This document shows positions 30,984 through 41,561 of a stretch of 64,000 nt of DNA, in pieces (positions within the stretch are counted from its first letter, which is position 1; each line of letters begins with the position of its first letter). This DNA is from an uncultured Pseudomonadota bacterium (lineage in GTDB: Bacteria; Pseudomonadota; Alphaproteobacteria; UBA9219), in contig CAIPYM010000071.1 of assembly GCA_903869345.1 (NCBI GenBank), positions 14,891 to 78,890 of the forward strand, read 5' to 3'. A program made the position numbers and the translations under genes. A model generated the notes under the pieces. That model was not told the origin of the DNA. It was given only the letters and a program-made list of their open reading frames with translations, and did no database searches.

Positions 30984-32461
30984 TGTCTCCCACGCTCCCG
31001 TCCCTGTTCGCGTCGTGTCCCGACGATGATGCGTTTCACGAAGAATGCGGCGTGTTCGGAATCCTGGGGGCGGATTCGGCCGCCGCGTTGACGGCGCTGG
31101 GTCTTCACGCCCTCCAGCACCGAGGGCAGGAGGCGGCGGGGATTGTCTCGGCGAACGGTCAAGATTTTCATTCGCACCACGCCCTCGGCCATGTTGGGGA
31201 AACGTTCAATGCCGAGCGCGTGATGCGCCCCCTTGTGGGCAACGCGGCCATCGGGCACGTGCGCTATTCAACGACCGGCGAGACCGCGCTTCGCAACGCG
31301 CAGCCGCTGTTTGCGGACCTGGACATGGGCGGGTTTGCGCTGGCCCATAACGGCAACTTGACCAACGCCTACACCCTCCGCAAGGAGCTGGTGCGGCAGG
31401 GCTGCATCTTCAGCACCACCAGCGACACCGAAGTGATCGTCCATCTGACTGCGCGGGCGCAAAAAGGCCAAACGCTGGTGGATCGGCTCATTGAAGCGCT
31501 GCAACAGGTGCAAGGGGCTTACGCCCTCGTGGGCCTTGCGCCCGGCACGCTGATGGGCGCCCGCGACCCGCACGGTGTGCGACCCCTCGTGTTGGGACAA
31601 CTGGGCGATTCTTACGTTTTGGCCAGCGAGACATGTGCACTCGACATCATCGAGGCGCGGTTTGTGCGTGACATTGAACCCGGAGAAGTGGTGATCATCC
31701 GGGATGGAGTCGTGACCTCGCTTCACCCGTTCCGCGCCGCGCCCTGCAAGTTCTGCGTGTTTGAGTACATTTACTTCGCCCGGCCCGACTCCTCTCTGGA
31801 GGGACGATCCGTCTACGCGATCCGGCGGCAAATCGGCTGTGAGCTGGCGAAAGAAGCCCCTGTGGATGCCGATTGCGTGGTGCCCGTGCCCGATTCAGGT
31901 GTGCCCGCGGCCATTGGGTACGCCGAGCAAAGCGGCATCCCGTTTGATCTGGGGATCATTCGCAGCCACTACGTCGGACGGACGTTTATTCAACCGACGG
32001 ACCGCATTCGCCACCTTGGTGTGCGCCTCAAGCACAACGCGAACCGGCGATTTATTGAGGGCAAGCGCATTGTGCTGTTGGATGACTCCATCGTGCGCGG
32101 CACGACCTCGGTCCGCATCGTGGACATGCTCCGTCAGGCGGGGGCCAAAGAAATCCACATGCGAATCTCAAGCCCGCCCACGCGCTACAGCTGCTACTAC
32201 GGTATTAACACGCCCGAGCCGGACCAACTCTTGGCGCACGCGCACACGCCCGACGAAATGGCGAAATTCATCGGCGTGGACAGTCTGGCGTTTGTCTCGT
32301 TGGATGGCCTTTACCGTGCGCTCGGCGAGGCCCGACGCGACCCGAACATGCCGCAGTTCTGCGACGCTTGCTTTAGCGGGGATTACGCCATCCCGCTGAC
32401 CGACAAGGAAACGCACACGGGCGCCCCTCAACTGTCGTTCCTTTTGGCCAAGGGGCAATGA
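30980..32461 (+). CDS. purF: Amidophosphoribosyltransferase
   Basis: ECGVFG, ALQHRGQE, GHVRYSTTG, HNGNL, VPVPDSG, LDDSIVRGTTS, FCDACFSG. Confidence 0.97.
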   Translation: MMSPTLPSLFASCPDDDAFHEECGVFGILGADSAAALTALGLHALQHRGQEAAGIVSANGQDFHSHHALGHVGETFNAERVMRPLVGNAAIGHVRYSTTGETALRNAQPLFADLDMGGFALAHNGNLTNAYTLRKELVRQGCIFSTTSDTEVIVHLTARAQKGQTLVDRLIEALQQVQGAYALVGLAPGTLMGARDPHGVRPLVLGQLGDSYVLASETCALDIIEARFVRDIEPGEVVIIRDGVVTSLHPFRAAPCKFCVFEYIYFARPDSSLEGRSVYAIRRQIGCELAKEAPVDADCVVPVPDSGVPAAIGYAEQSGIPFDLGIIRSHYVGRTFIQPTDRIRHLGVRLKHNANRRFIEGKRIVLLDDSIVRGTTSVRIVDMLRQAGAKEIHMRISSPPTRYSCYYGINTPEPDQLLAHAHTPDEMAKFIGVDSLAFVSLDGLYRALGEARRDPNMPQFCDACFSGDYAIPLTDKETHTGAPQLSFLLAKGQ

Positions 32462-32558
32462 TCTGTGAAAACCTGTCAGATTCGAGAGTCGTTTTAGGGG
32501 AGGGGGGCTAGACTGTCCTGAAAACGTACCGACCTCGTTCTTCGTCACCCCACCAGGC

Positions 32559-33620
<1,062 letters not shown>

Positions 33621-33722
33621 TTATGCCCCTCCCACGCTGCGCGTCCGGGGAAAAGTCCCCGTCCCTTTAATCGCCCGAAAAGCGCCGGGGGAACGTCACG
33701 CGAACCCCTGCTACTGTCCCGC

Positions 33723-34001
33723 TTACGAGGCTTGGTCCGACGCGTTGTCCGGCTTTTCAACCGAGACGGTCATGCGCCCGCCGATGGAACGGCGAAACTT
33801 GACACGCCCTGCCGCAAGCGCGAACAGCGTGTGATCGCGCCCCATGCCCACCAACTCGCCGCCGTAGACCTTCGTCCCACGCTGGCGAATGATGATCATG
33901 CCCGGCTCGGCCCACTGGCCGCCCGCGAGTTTGACGCCGAGACGCCGACCGGCGGTGTCGCGCCCGTTGCGCGAGGAACCTCCCGCTTTCTTATGGGCCA
34001 T
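33723..34001 (-). CDS. rpmA: 50S ribosomal protein L27
   Basis: [35 protein letters not shown]. Confidence 0.98.
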   Translation of the reverse strand: MAHKKAGGSSRNGRDTAGRRLGVKLAGGQWAEPGMIIIRQRGTKVYGGELVGMGRDHTLFALAAGRVKFRRSIGGRMTVSVEKPDNASDQAS

Positions 34002-34041
34002 GAATGCCTCCCCTGATCCGTCGTGTTAACGATAAAACCGC

Positions 34042-34359
34042 CTAGCCCCCGACCGTGATGCCCTCCACGCGGAGCACGGTGAACAATTGGCGATGGTGCT
34101 TCTTGCGGCGATAGTTCTGGCGGCGCTTTTTCTTGAACACGATCAGCTTGCCGGTGCGCGTCTGTTCCAACACCGTGACCTTGACCGAAGCGCCCACGAT
34201 GCGCGGGGTTCCCGTCGTCACATGCGCCCCGTCCACCACCATCAGGACGTCGTCCAAAAGGACCGACGCACCAACTTCAGCATCGAGTTTTTCGACCTGG
34301 AAACGGTCGCCCGGAGCCACTTTGTATTGTTTGCCCCCGGTCTTCAAAATCGCGAACAT
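34042..34359 (-). CDS. rplU: 50S ribosomal protein L21
   Basis: [23 protein letters not shown]. Confidence 0.97.
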   Translation of the reverse strand: MFAILKTGGKQYKVAPGDRFQVEKLDAEVGASVLLDDVLMVVDGAHVTTGTPRIVGASVKVTVLEQTRTGKLIVFKKKRRQNYRRKKHHRQLFTVLRVEGITVGG

Positions 34360-34459
34360 GACAGGCTTCCTAACACCAAACAGAAGGAACATCGAAAAAG
34401 CGCACAGCCACTCTGCCGCGAAAGTCCATCCAGACCCCCCGCAAGCTGCCGAAGGGAGG

Positions 34460-34488
34460 CTTATGGGCTATCCCACGCCCCCTGTCAA
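34460..34488 (-). promoter_or_regulatory. Putative sigma70 promoter of rplU-rpmA
   Basis: Minus strand TTGACA-17 nt-CATAAG. Confidence 0.6.
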
Positions 34489-34710
34489 GGGAAGGCGCGA
34501 CGCTTTCAGGGCTTTTCAACGTTAACGATTGACTACCCCTACCCACAAATATCGTCAGAGAGTATTCATTCAAAATACATTTGAATTGGGAAGCGAGGAG
34601 TTCGTCGTTTTCGGGTTGGGAAAGAGAGTGAGGGAGACGTAAGGGGAGGTCGACCCTTTCTTGAGAGTGAGAGACAACGTTCGTGCGACGCCGGAACTTC
34701 CAGACTTTCG

Positions 34711-35469
34711 TCACGTGCCCGGCCGGGGGGCACGAGCCAATGTAAGGGCCATGACAGAGGCTGCCCCGGCGCTATGAAGGGCGGTGGCACAGGCCTCCAG
34801 CGTCGCGCCCGTGGTTAGCACGTCATCCACCAACAGGACTCTTTTGCCCCGAAGGTCCAAAGCGCGGCGTGGCGTGACGCGAAACGCGCCCGCGATGTTG
34901 CGGGCCCTCTCTGTACGGCTTTTGTGACCTTGGGATTCCGTCTTCCGCCAACGAGTCAGAGCGTCCACCATCACGGGTTTGCCCGTGGATTCGCCAAGAG
35001 CACGCGCGAGAAGCGCCGCTTGGTTGTACCGCCGCTTGAGAAGCCTCCAGCGGTGAAGGGGCACAGGGACCAGCACGTCGCTTGTGTCCCAGAGGGGACC
35101 GCCCGCGCGGTGCATCCATGTTGCCATGGCGGGAACAAGGTGCAGTTGATCGCCGTGCTTGAGCCCCAAGACAAGGCGCTTGCTCGCGTCGTTGTAGAGC
35201 ATCACGCTGCGGGTTTTGGCCACCTTGGGGGGATAGGCGAGGCACGTTCCGCACACAGTGCCCTCGTCCGTGGGCACCTCAAACGGCGCTCCGCAGCAGG
35301 CGCACAGTGGCGCATCCAGAAATTGAATGGCCGACCAGCACGAGGGGCACAACGCGGAGGGACTTCCAACGGACGCATCGCACGCGAGGCATAAAGGCGG
35401 CCATAGGACATCCAAAAACGCACGCCCCACGGCGCAAAGACGGGTCAAGGCAGAAGGCTGTTCGTTCAT
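34711..35469 (-). CDS. ComF-family double zinc-ribbon / PRTase protein
   Basis: CLAC, CPSC, CACC, CGTC; VPVPLH, RRYNQA, LLVDDVLTTGAT. Confidence 0.87.
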   Translation of the reverse strand: MNEQPSALTRLCAVGRAFLDVLWPPLCLACDASVGSPSALCPSCWSAIQFLDAPLCACCGAPFEVPTDEGTVCGTCLAYPPKVAKTRSVMLYNDASKRLVLGLKHGDQLHLVPAMATWMHRAGGPLWDTSDVLVPVPLHRWRLLKRRYNQAALLARALGESTGKPVMVDALTRWRKTESQGHKSRTERARNIAGAFRVTPRRALDLRGKRVLLVDDVLTTGATLEACATALHSAGAASVMALTLARAPRPGT

Positions 35470-35622
35470 CGGAGCCCGTCTATGTTGTGCGGCATGGCGT
35501 GGATTCTCCTTTTTGTCCTGTCCTCTCTTCCATCAATTGTGAGCGGAGCGATTCACCTCACAACTTCTTGGTCGAACGGAAAGGGCCGAAGATGGATCGC
35601 CACGGCCCCTCTGGGGCCTCGC

Positions 35623-35680
35623 GATGACGGGAGAGGGGGGGGAGGGGCTGAGAAAAAGACCCTTGTGTGCCGTGTTGCAG
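35623..35680 (+). repeat. Dispersed repeat, left copy of an inverted pair flanking ubiT-ubiU
   Basis: 35645-35680 matches the reverse complement of 37513-37548 at 34/36; preceded by hairpin GGATCGCCACGGCCCC...GGGGCCTCGCGATGAC. Confidence 0.8.
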
Positions 35681-35693
35681 TCTACTTTCTCAT

Positions 35694-36701
35694 CTACCTC
35701 CACCCTTTGCGAAAAGCCCCGCACGTTTCTCGCCCGCCTTCCACAATCGCACGGAGCTCCGGGGAAAGCGCGGGCTCTTCCCCCCGTGCGAGCGCGTCCA
35801 GAACCGTTCGGAAAGCGCGGACGACTTGCTCAACGTAGGCACGGCTACGCTGGCGGCCCTCAATCTTGAGCGCCGTGACACCCGCTGCTTTAAGATCCGG
35901 CAACATTTGGGCGAGGTTGAGACCAACGGGCTCCTCAAACAAATACAACGGCTTTCCGTTCACCAAAAACCGGCCCTTGCAGGGCGTCGGGTAGGCGGCG
36001 GATTCGTTCTTGTCGAAGATGTTGAGGGTTGTCGAACCCAGGCACGCGCGCAGCTTGTCCCCTTCCTCGCGGTAGGCGACGTGGCTCGCCGGGGCGCACG
36101 CACCGTCGCTGCTCGGCGAGATTCCGGTGATGTAGGACGAGAGAAAACATCGCCCTTCCACCATCGTGCCGAGACTGCCGAACACGAAGGTTTCAACCTC
36201 CACGCCGATCCTCTCCACAAGAGCTCTGATTTCATCCAGCGCCAGGACGCGCGGCAAAACGAGGCGCTTGATGTCGAATTGCTCACGGTAAAAAGCAATG
36301 GACAGGGGGTTTGAGGCCGCAGCTTGAACCGACAAATGCCGCCGCAACGTGGGATGTGTTTTGGTCGCGTAGGCCAAAAGCCCAACATCGGCCAGGATCA
36401 CGGCGTCAACTTCTGCTTCGGCGGATGCATCCACGGCTTGCCGCCAGGGGGTCGCGTCCCCCGCGCGGGGAAACGTGTTGATCGCGACAAAAATTTTGCA
36501 CCCGTGTGCATGCGCGAACGCAACGCCCGCTTTCAGTTCGTCGGGGTCAAAGTTGAGCCCTGGGTAGTTTCGCGCGTTGGTGGGGCCCTTGAGCCCGCAA
36601 TAGACCGAATCTGCCCCGGCCAGAACGGCGGTCTCCAGCGCGGCGGGGTTGCCTGCCGGACAGACCAATTCCATGTACGAATCGCGGCGGGGCTCTTTCA
36701 T
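35694..36701 (-). CDS. ubiU: O2-independent ubiquinone biosynthesis U32-family protein UbiU
   Basis: MELVCPAG, GADSVY, NARNYPGLNF, RHLSVQA, EGRC.LSSY.TG.SP, LKIEGRQRS. Confidence 0.87.
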   Translation of the reverse strand: MKEPRRDSYMELVCPAGNPAALETAVLAGADSVYCGLKGPTNARNYPGLNFDPDELKAGVAFAHAHGCKIFVAINTFPRAGDATPWRQAVDASAEAEVDAVILADVGLLAYATKTHPTLRRHLSVQAAASNPLSIAFYREQFDIKRLVLPRVLALDEIRALVERIGVEVETFVFGSLGTMVEGRCFLSSYITGISPSSDGACAPASHVAYREEGDKLRACLGSTTLNIFDKNESAAYPTPCKGRFLVNGKPLYLFEEPVGLNLAQMLPDLKAAGVTALKIEGRQRSRAYVEQVVRAFRTVLDALARGEEPALSPELRAIVEGGRETCGAFRKGWR

Positions 36702-37372
36702 GCCGTCGCGCTCTCTTTTCGCCGTTGCCGCCCCTCCAGTTTCGCAAGCCGCGTCCGCAGATCGTCCAGCTCGGTGCGCAAACGCTCGTTCAGCGCGGCC
36801 TGTTCACGGGCCTGCCCCTCATCGGCCCGATGCAGAGTCCCATGCACTTCGGCCAGGTGGTCTTTAACCTTTCGAGCGCGTTCCCCAACAAACGCCAAAA
36901 CCTGCCGCGCAGGTCCCGCGAACGGCCCCGCCAAGGCTGCAACGGCTCCGAGGGTGTCCAAAGGCTCTCGGTCCAGCGTGTTGCGGAGGGCCACAACAGC
37001 CTCGGTATCGCCCGTCATCGTAAGAGCACGCGTGAAGAACAGCGTGTCACTGTCGATTCGCCCTTCCACCAGGTCCAAGAGGGATTTGAGGCTTCCGCGC
37101 ACCCGCGCGTCGGGCTCGGGCGGGAAAAGCCCCAAAAGGCTGATCCGTTGGGCCGAGGGCCCGAGGGTCAGCGCGAACCCATGCCGGGGAAGGTCCGTGA
37201 TCTCCACGTGAATCACGGCGGGCTTGAGGGCGCCGAGACGTTCAAAAAGGCGCGGGTAGGCTGCTTCAAGCCGTCGTGTCACGATCGGCAAAAGACGAGC
37301 CAAAAGCGCCGGGGGCATCACCCGAAGGGCGGCCAGAATGATCTCGGAGGGCAGAGGAGTTTGGGGCGGCAT
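36698..37372 (-). CDS. ubiT: SCP2-domain protein UbiT
   Basis: DSDTLFFTRALTMTGDTEAVVALRNTLD; directly upstream of ubiU. Confidence 0.82.
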   Translation of the reverse strand: MPPQTPLPSEIILAALRVMPPALLARLLPIVTRRLEAAYPRLFERLGALKPAVIHVEITDLPRHGFALTLGPSAQRISLLGLFPPEPDARVRGSLKSLLDLVEGRIDSDTLFFTRALTMTGDTEAVVALRNTLDREPLDTLGAVAALAGPFAGPARQVLAFVGERARKVKDHLAEVHGTLHRADEGQAREQAALNERLRTELDDLRTRLAKLEGRQRRKESATA

Positions 37373-37512
37373 AGAGGTTCTCCGAGGAAAGACCGGGCGC
37401 AAGGTTAAGCACTTTTAGGCACGCAAGACAGCTGACCCTTGAGCAATTCTCGCAGGCGCAGAACGAAAAAACGAACGCGCACACCATTTTTCAGGACTGA
37501 TCTGGGATTATC

Positions 37513-37570
37513 CTGCGACACGGCACACAAGGGCCTTTTTCTCAGCCCTGTCTCCCCCTCCTCGTCATCA
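37513..37570 (-). repeat. Dispersed repeat, right copy of an inverted pair flanking ubiT-ubiU
   Basis: See left copy; a 16-nt third copy AAGGGCCTTTTTCTCA lies at 20805-20820 after polA. Confidence 0.8.
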
Positions 37571-38854
37571 ACCCCGGCCCGCTTCCTCAGGGGAGAGGGA
37601 GTCGCGCCGCCCCGCGTTGTCGCGGCCAACCTGCTCTGCGGTCGCCAGCGAACGCGCGTGAACGGCCAGAACGCGCACAAAACCTTCGGAATCACGGTGA
37701 TCGAACGAGCCTTCACGCTCCATCGAGCCATCGGCCGAGAACAGTGAATGAGGCACATCCTCGGCGCGAACGTACGACAGAGTCCCCTTGTACAACCGGA
37801 CGGTGATTGTGCCCGTCGCCAAGGCACTCGTTGTCGCAACGGCCTCGGCGATCATCCGCGAGGCCAGGTCGTTGCCGTACCCTTGGTACACTTGCTCGGC
37901 GAGCGTTTCCGACAGCACGTTGAACAACCGCCGCGCCCGCCGATCAAGGACAAGCTGGAGTAAGAACCCGTAGCACGTGCCGAGAATCTCAATCCCCGGC
38001 TGTTCGTACACGCCGCGCGACTTCACACCGACAAAGCGGTTTTCGATCATGTGAAGGCCGATGCCCACGCCGTTGCGTCCCCCGGCCTCGTTAGCCTTCA
38101 GGAAAGCGCCCAGAGTATCCACTTTCTTACCGTTAACGCTGACGGGACGGCCTTTTTCAAACCGAACGGTGAAATCCTCGGCCTTGTCGGGCGCATCCTT
38201 GGCCCAAACGCCCATCTCGGCCGCCACAAGGCTTGCAGGCGTTGTCATGGATTCCAGTTGTCCGCCTTCGTGCGTGAGCCCCAGAAGGTTCGCATCCGTC
38301 GAATACGGCTTTTCGCGTGAGGCGCGAATAGGCAGCCCGTGTTGCTCACAGTAGGCAATCATCTGTTGCCGTCCGCCAAAACGGGCCAAAAACGCCGGGT
38401 CACGCCAGGGCGCATAGACCTCGATGGAAGGCTCCAGCATGTTGGTAATCAGTTGGAAACGCACCTGATCGTTGCCTCGGCCCGTCGCGCCGTGCGAGAG
38501 GACCTTGAGCCCGCGCTTGACGACTTCGGGAAGGGCACCCGCCGTCGTCACCATGCGGCCCAGGCCCGTGACGTTCCAATAGCGGCTTTCGTAGCAGGCT
38601 TGGGCCTGAACACCCCACAAACCCGCCTCGGCAATCGCGTTTTTCAGCGGCAGGGCGACGAAATCCACCGCGCCACAGGCCCGCATGCGGCCTTCAATCG
38701 CCTGAAAATCGGGCTCGTCGGGTTGCCCCAGGTCGGCCGTGAAACAGGCGACGCGCACGCCGTTTTCCGTCAGCCAATGGGTGATCGTGCAGCTATCCAG
38801 CCCCCCTGACGCCAGAAAAGCGATGGTCTGTCCCTTCAGCTGCGCCACATCCAT
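37568..38854 (-). CDS. argG: Argininosuccinate synthase
   Basis: SGGLDS, TADLGQ, HGATGRGNDQVRF, YSTDANLLG, ENRFVGVKSRGVYE. Confidence 0.92.
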   Translation of the reverse strand: MDVAQLKGQTIAFLASGGLDSCTITHWLTENGVRVACFTADLGQPDEPDFQAIEGRMRACGAVDFVALPLKNAIAEAGLWGVQAQACYESRYWNVTGLGRMVTTAGALPEVVKRGLKVLSHGATGRGNDQVRFQLITNMLEPSIEVYAPWRDPAFLARFGGRQQMIAYCEQHGLPIRASREKPYSTDANLLGLTHEGGQLESMTTPASLVAAEMGVWAKDAPDKAEDFTVRFEKGRPVSVNGKKVDTLGAFLKANEAGGRNGVGIGLHMIENRFVGVKSRGVYEQPGIEILGTCYGFLLQLVLDRRARRLFNVLSETLAEQVYQGYGNDLASRMIAEAVATTSALATGTITVRLYKGTLSYVRAEDVPHSLFSADGSMEREGSFDHRDSEGFVRVLAVHARSLATAEQVGRDNAGRRDSLSPEEAGRG

Positions 38855-38856
38855 GA

Positions 38857-39273
38857 TTGCGGTCCCCCGTTGCATCGACTCCGCCCAGTCCCCGCCCGAG
38901 CATCGGGGGCAAGCCAACACGCGCGGGCGATCGGAGTCAAGGCGTGGGAGGGGCGTGGGGGTGGATCTTCCTGTTTTCGCTGAAGGTCTTGCCGACGCGG
39001 GGGGCTCGTGCTCCTCTTTCTGTCACCCCTGTGGCTGATGCGCTGAGGGCGTGGGCGCTTATAGACCCCGCAGTTAGAGCTCGGCTTCGTGACCTCATTG
39101 ATTATGTTGCGGCCACACCTTCGACCCCGTTGCTGCCTGAACAGGCAGATATGCTGAGGCGGGCCCTCACCGAGGCTAAGGCGAGCTTTTCACCCCCTCC
39201 AGCAGCAGGTCGGGCAGTTGGCAAACGCGGCGGTGGCCCATTGGCAGACATATTGTATGGCCCTGCTGGGTAG
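38857..39273 (+). CDS. Possible hypothetical protein
   Basis: ORF filling the argG-ettA gap; no recognisable motif. Confidence 0.25.
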   Translation: MRSPVASTPPSPRPSIGGKPTRAGDRSQGVGGAWGWIFLFSLKVLPTRGARAPLSVTPVADALRAWALIDPAVRARLRDLIDYVAATPSTPLLPEQADMLRRALTEAKASFSPPPAAGRAVGKRGGGPLADILYGPAG

Positions 39274-39296
39274 ACGATCAAGGTTTCCCTCCCGAC

Positions 39297-40979
39297 CTAC
39301 CCTCGGCTGAGCGGCTTGTACCGCAGGCGATGGGGGTGGTCGGCGTCGGTACCGAGGCGGCGGTGGCGGTCGGCCTCGTAGTCCTGGTAATTGCCCTCAA
39401 ACCACACGACGCGGCTGTCGCCTTCAAAGGCCAGCATGTGCGTGGCCAAGCGGTCCAGAAGCCAGCGGTCGTGGCTCACGATCACGACGCAGCCGGGAAA
39501 ATCCTCCAGCGCGTCTTCCAGCGCCCGGAGCGTGTCCATGTCGAGGTCATTGCTCGGCTCATCAAGTAGCAAAACGTTCGCGCCGGATTTCAGCATTTTC
39601 GCCATGTGGACGCGGTTGCGTTCCCCGCCCGACAGGACTCCGACTTTCTTTTGCTGATCTGTCCCCTTGAACCCAAACGCCGCGACATAGGCACGGCTGG
39701 GGATGGTCCGCTTGCCAAGATCGATCACGTCCTGACCGTCCGCGATTTCCTCCCACACCGTCCGGGCGTCGTTCAGGGAATCGCGGCTTTGATCGACGTA
39801 GCCGAGCTTGACGGCCTCGCCCAAAACCAGCTTGCCGGAATCGGGCTTGTCGACCCCCGTGATCATCCGAAAGAGCGTCGTCTTGCCCGCCCCGTTGGGG
39901 CCGATGATCCCCACGATGCCGCCGGGCGGCAACCTGAACGTGAGGTCCTCCATCAGTAGCCGGTCGCCGTAGCTTTTGGCGACGTGAATCGCTTCCACAA
40001 CCTGTTGGCCGAGGCGCGGGGGCGTCGGGATGACAATTTGCGCGGTTTCGGTCGTGGCCTTCGCGCTTTGGGCAAGGAGGTTATCGTAAGCCGTGATGCG
40101 GGCTTTGTTTTTTGCCTGCCGCGCCTTGGGCGAGGAGCGGATCCATTCCAGCTCGTGGGCCAGGGCGCGTTGGCGTGCGCTTTCCTCGCGGCTCTCCTGG
40201 CCGAGGCGCTTGTGCTTCTGTTCAAGCCAGAGCGAATAATTCCCCTGGTAGGGAATGCCGCGCCCGCGATCGAGCTCCAGAATCCAGCCCGTCACGTTGT
40301 CCAAGAAATACCGATCGTGCGTCACGAGGACGACCGCGCCCTTGTACGCGAGCAAATGCTCTTGCAGCCAGGTGACGGACTCGGCGTCCAGATGGTTCGT
40401 GGGTTCATCCAGCAGCAACAAGTCCGGCTTTTGCATGAGCAGACGGCACAGCGCCACGCGCCGCTTTTCACCGCCCGAAAGCGTGTCCACCCGCGCATCT
40501 CCAGGCGGGCAGCGCAGGGCATCCAGCGCGATCTCAATTTGCGAACTGAGGTCCCACGCGTCGGCGGCCTCGATTTTTTCCTGCAACTCGGCTTGCTCAT
40601 CGAGCAGGGCTTGCATCTCGTCGGCGTCTTCGACCTCGCCGAGGCGTTGGCTGACGGTCTCAAACCGGTCCAGAATCGCCTTGGTCGCCGTCAGGCCCGC
40701 GAGGACGTTTTCTTGCACCGTGAGCGCCGAATCCAGCGCGGGCTCTTGCGGCAGGTACCCGACCGTCGCGCCGGGGGCCGGCCCAGCCTCGCCCGAAAAG
40801 TCGGTTTCGATCCCCGCTAGGATCTTGAGCAGCGTGGATTTTCCCGCCCCGTTAGGCCCCAAGACGCCGATCTTCGCATTCGGGAGGAACGACAGGCTCA
40901 GGTTCTCAAAAACAACCTTCCCCCCCGCCCAGGCTTTGGTGAGGTTGTGCATCGTGAAAACATACTGGTACGCGGGCAT
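39297..40979 (-). CDS. ettA: ABC-F translational throttle EttA
   Basis: MPAYQYVFTM, GPNGAGKSTL, LSGGEKRRVALC, LLDEPTNHLD, second ABC domain LSGGERNR. Confidence 0.94.
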   Translation of the reverse strand: MPAYQYVFTMHNLTKAWAGGKVVFENLSLSFLPNAKIGVLGPNGAGKSTLLKILAGIETDFSGEAGPAPGATVGYLPQEPALDSALTVQENVLAGLTATKAILDRFETVSQRLGEVEDADEMQALLDEQAELQEKIEAADAWDLSSQIEIALDALRCPPGDARVDTLSGGEKRRVALCRLLMQKPDLLLLDEPTNHLDAESVTWLQEHLLAYKGAVVLVTHDRYFLDNVTGWILELDRGRGIPYQGNYSLWLEQKHKRLGQESREESARQRALAHELEWIRSSPKARQAKNKARITAYDNLLAQSAKATTETAQIVIPTPPRLGQQVVEAIHVAKSYGDRLLMEDLTFRLPPGGIVGIIGPNGAGKTTLFRMITGVDKPDSGKLVLGEAVKLGYVDQSRDSLNDARTVWEEIADGQDVIDLGKRTIPSRAYVAAFGFKGTDQQKKVGVLSGGERNRVHMAKMLKSGANVLLLDEPSNDLDMDTLRALEDALEDFPGCVVIVSHDRWLLDRLATHMLAFEGDSRVVWFEGNYQDYEADRHRRLGTDADHPHRLRYKPLSRG

Positions 40980-41044
40980 CGGGCGGGTCTCCGTCTTGTA
41001 AGGTGAGGGATGATCTATAGGGCACTTCTTAAAACGCGTCGAGC

Positions 41045-41344
41045 ACCACTCTTTTGATCGTTGCGACGGGACGCTATATTGGCGAGGGATTCGACGATCC
41101 TGGCCTGGATACGCTTTTTCTGGCGATGCCCATTTCGTGGCACGGCACACTGGCGCAGTATGCCGGTCGATTGCATCGCCTGCATCACGCCAAAAAGGAA
41201 GTTATCATCTACGACTATGTTGACCGGCAAATTCCCATACTGGCGCGCATGGCCGAAAAACGGATGAAAGGCTATGCCCGGCTGGGCTATACGATCAAGC
41301 TGTCCGAAGAGAGGGGCTCTTCTATGAGCGCGTCCGGTGAATGA
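41045..41344 (+). pseudogene. C-terminal fragment of an SF2 (DEAD/DEAH-like) helicase
   Basis: Only motifs V (ATGRYIGEGFD) and VI (QYAGRLHR) plus VIIYDYVD tail; N-terminal part absent. Confidence 0.72.
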
Positions 41345-41561
41345 CCATCGGCTAAAGTCGGTGGCTGAATTTTTTTCTTGACTCGGCTGGGGCAAAGGCG
41401 TATTGACAAACTCATGGCGACCTGTACCTGCGTTTCGGCCGAATCGCGGGTTTTTTTGTGCCCAAACGGTGAGATACCGCTCTGCTGGCGTTGCATCAAC
41501 CCCCGTCTAACCAGGTGAATCTCTTCGACTTATTGCCGGACAGCCGTGATGTCGGACGTGA

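Noticed and set aside
34568-34586. AT-rich palindrome ATTCAAA-ATACA-TTTGAAT upstream of rplU
   Set aside because: Single short inverted repeat with no assignable regulator; insufficient support
35623-37570. Composite transposon carrying ubiTU
   Set aside because: No transposase or target duplication; a third partial copy near polA indicates a dispersed repeat family (kept only as an inverted-repeat observation)
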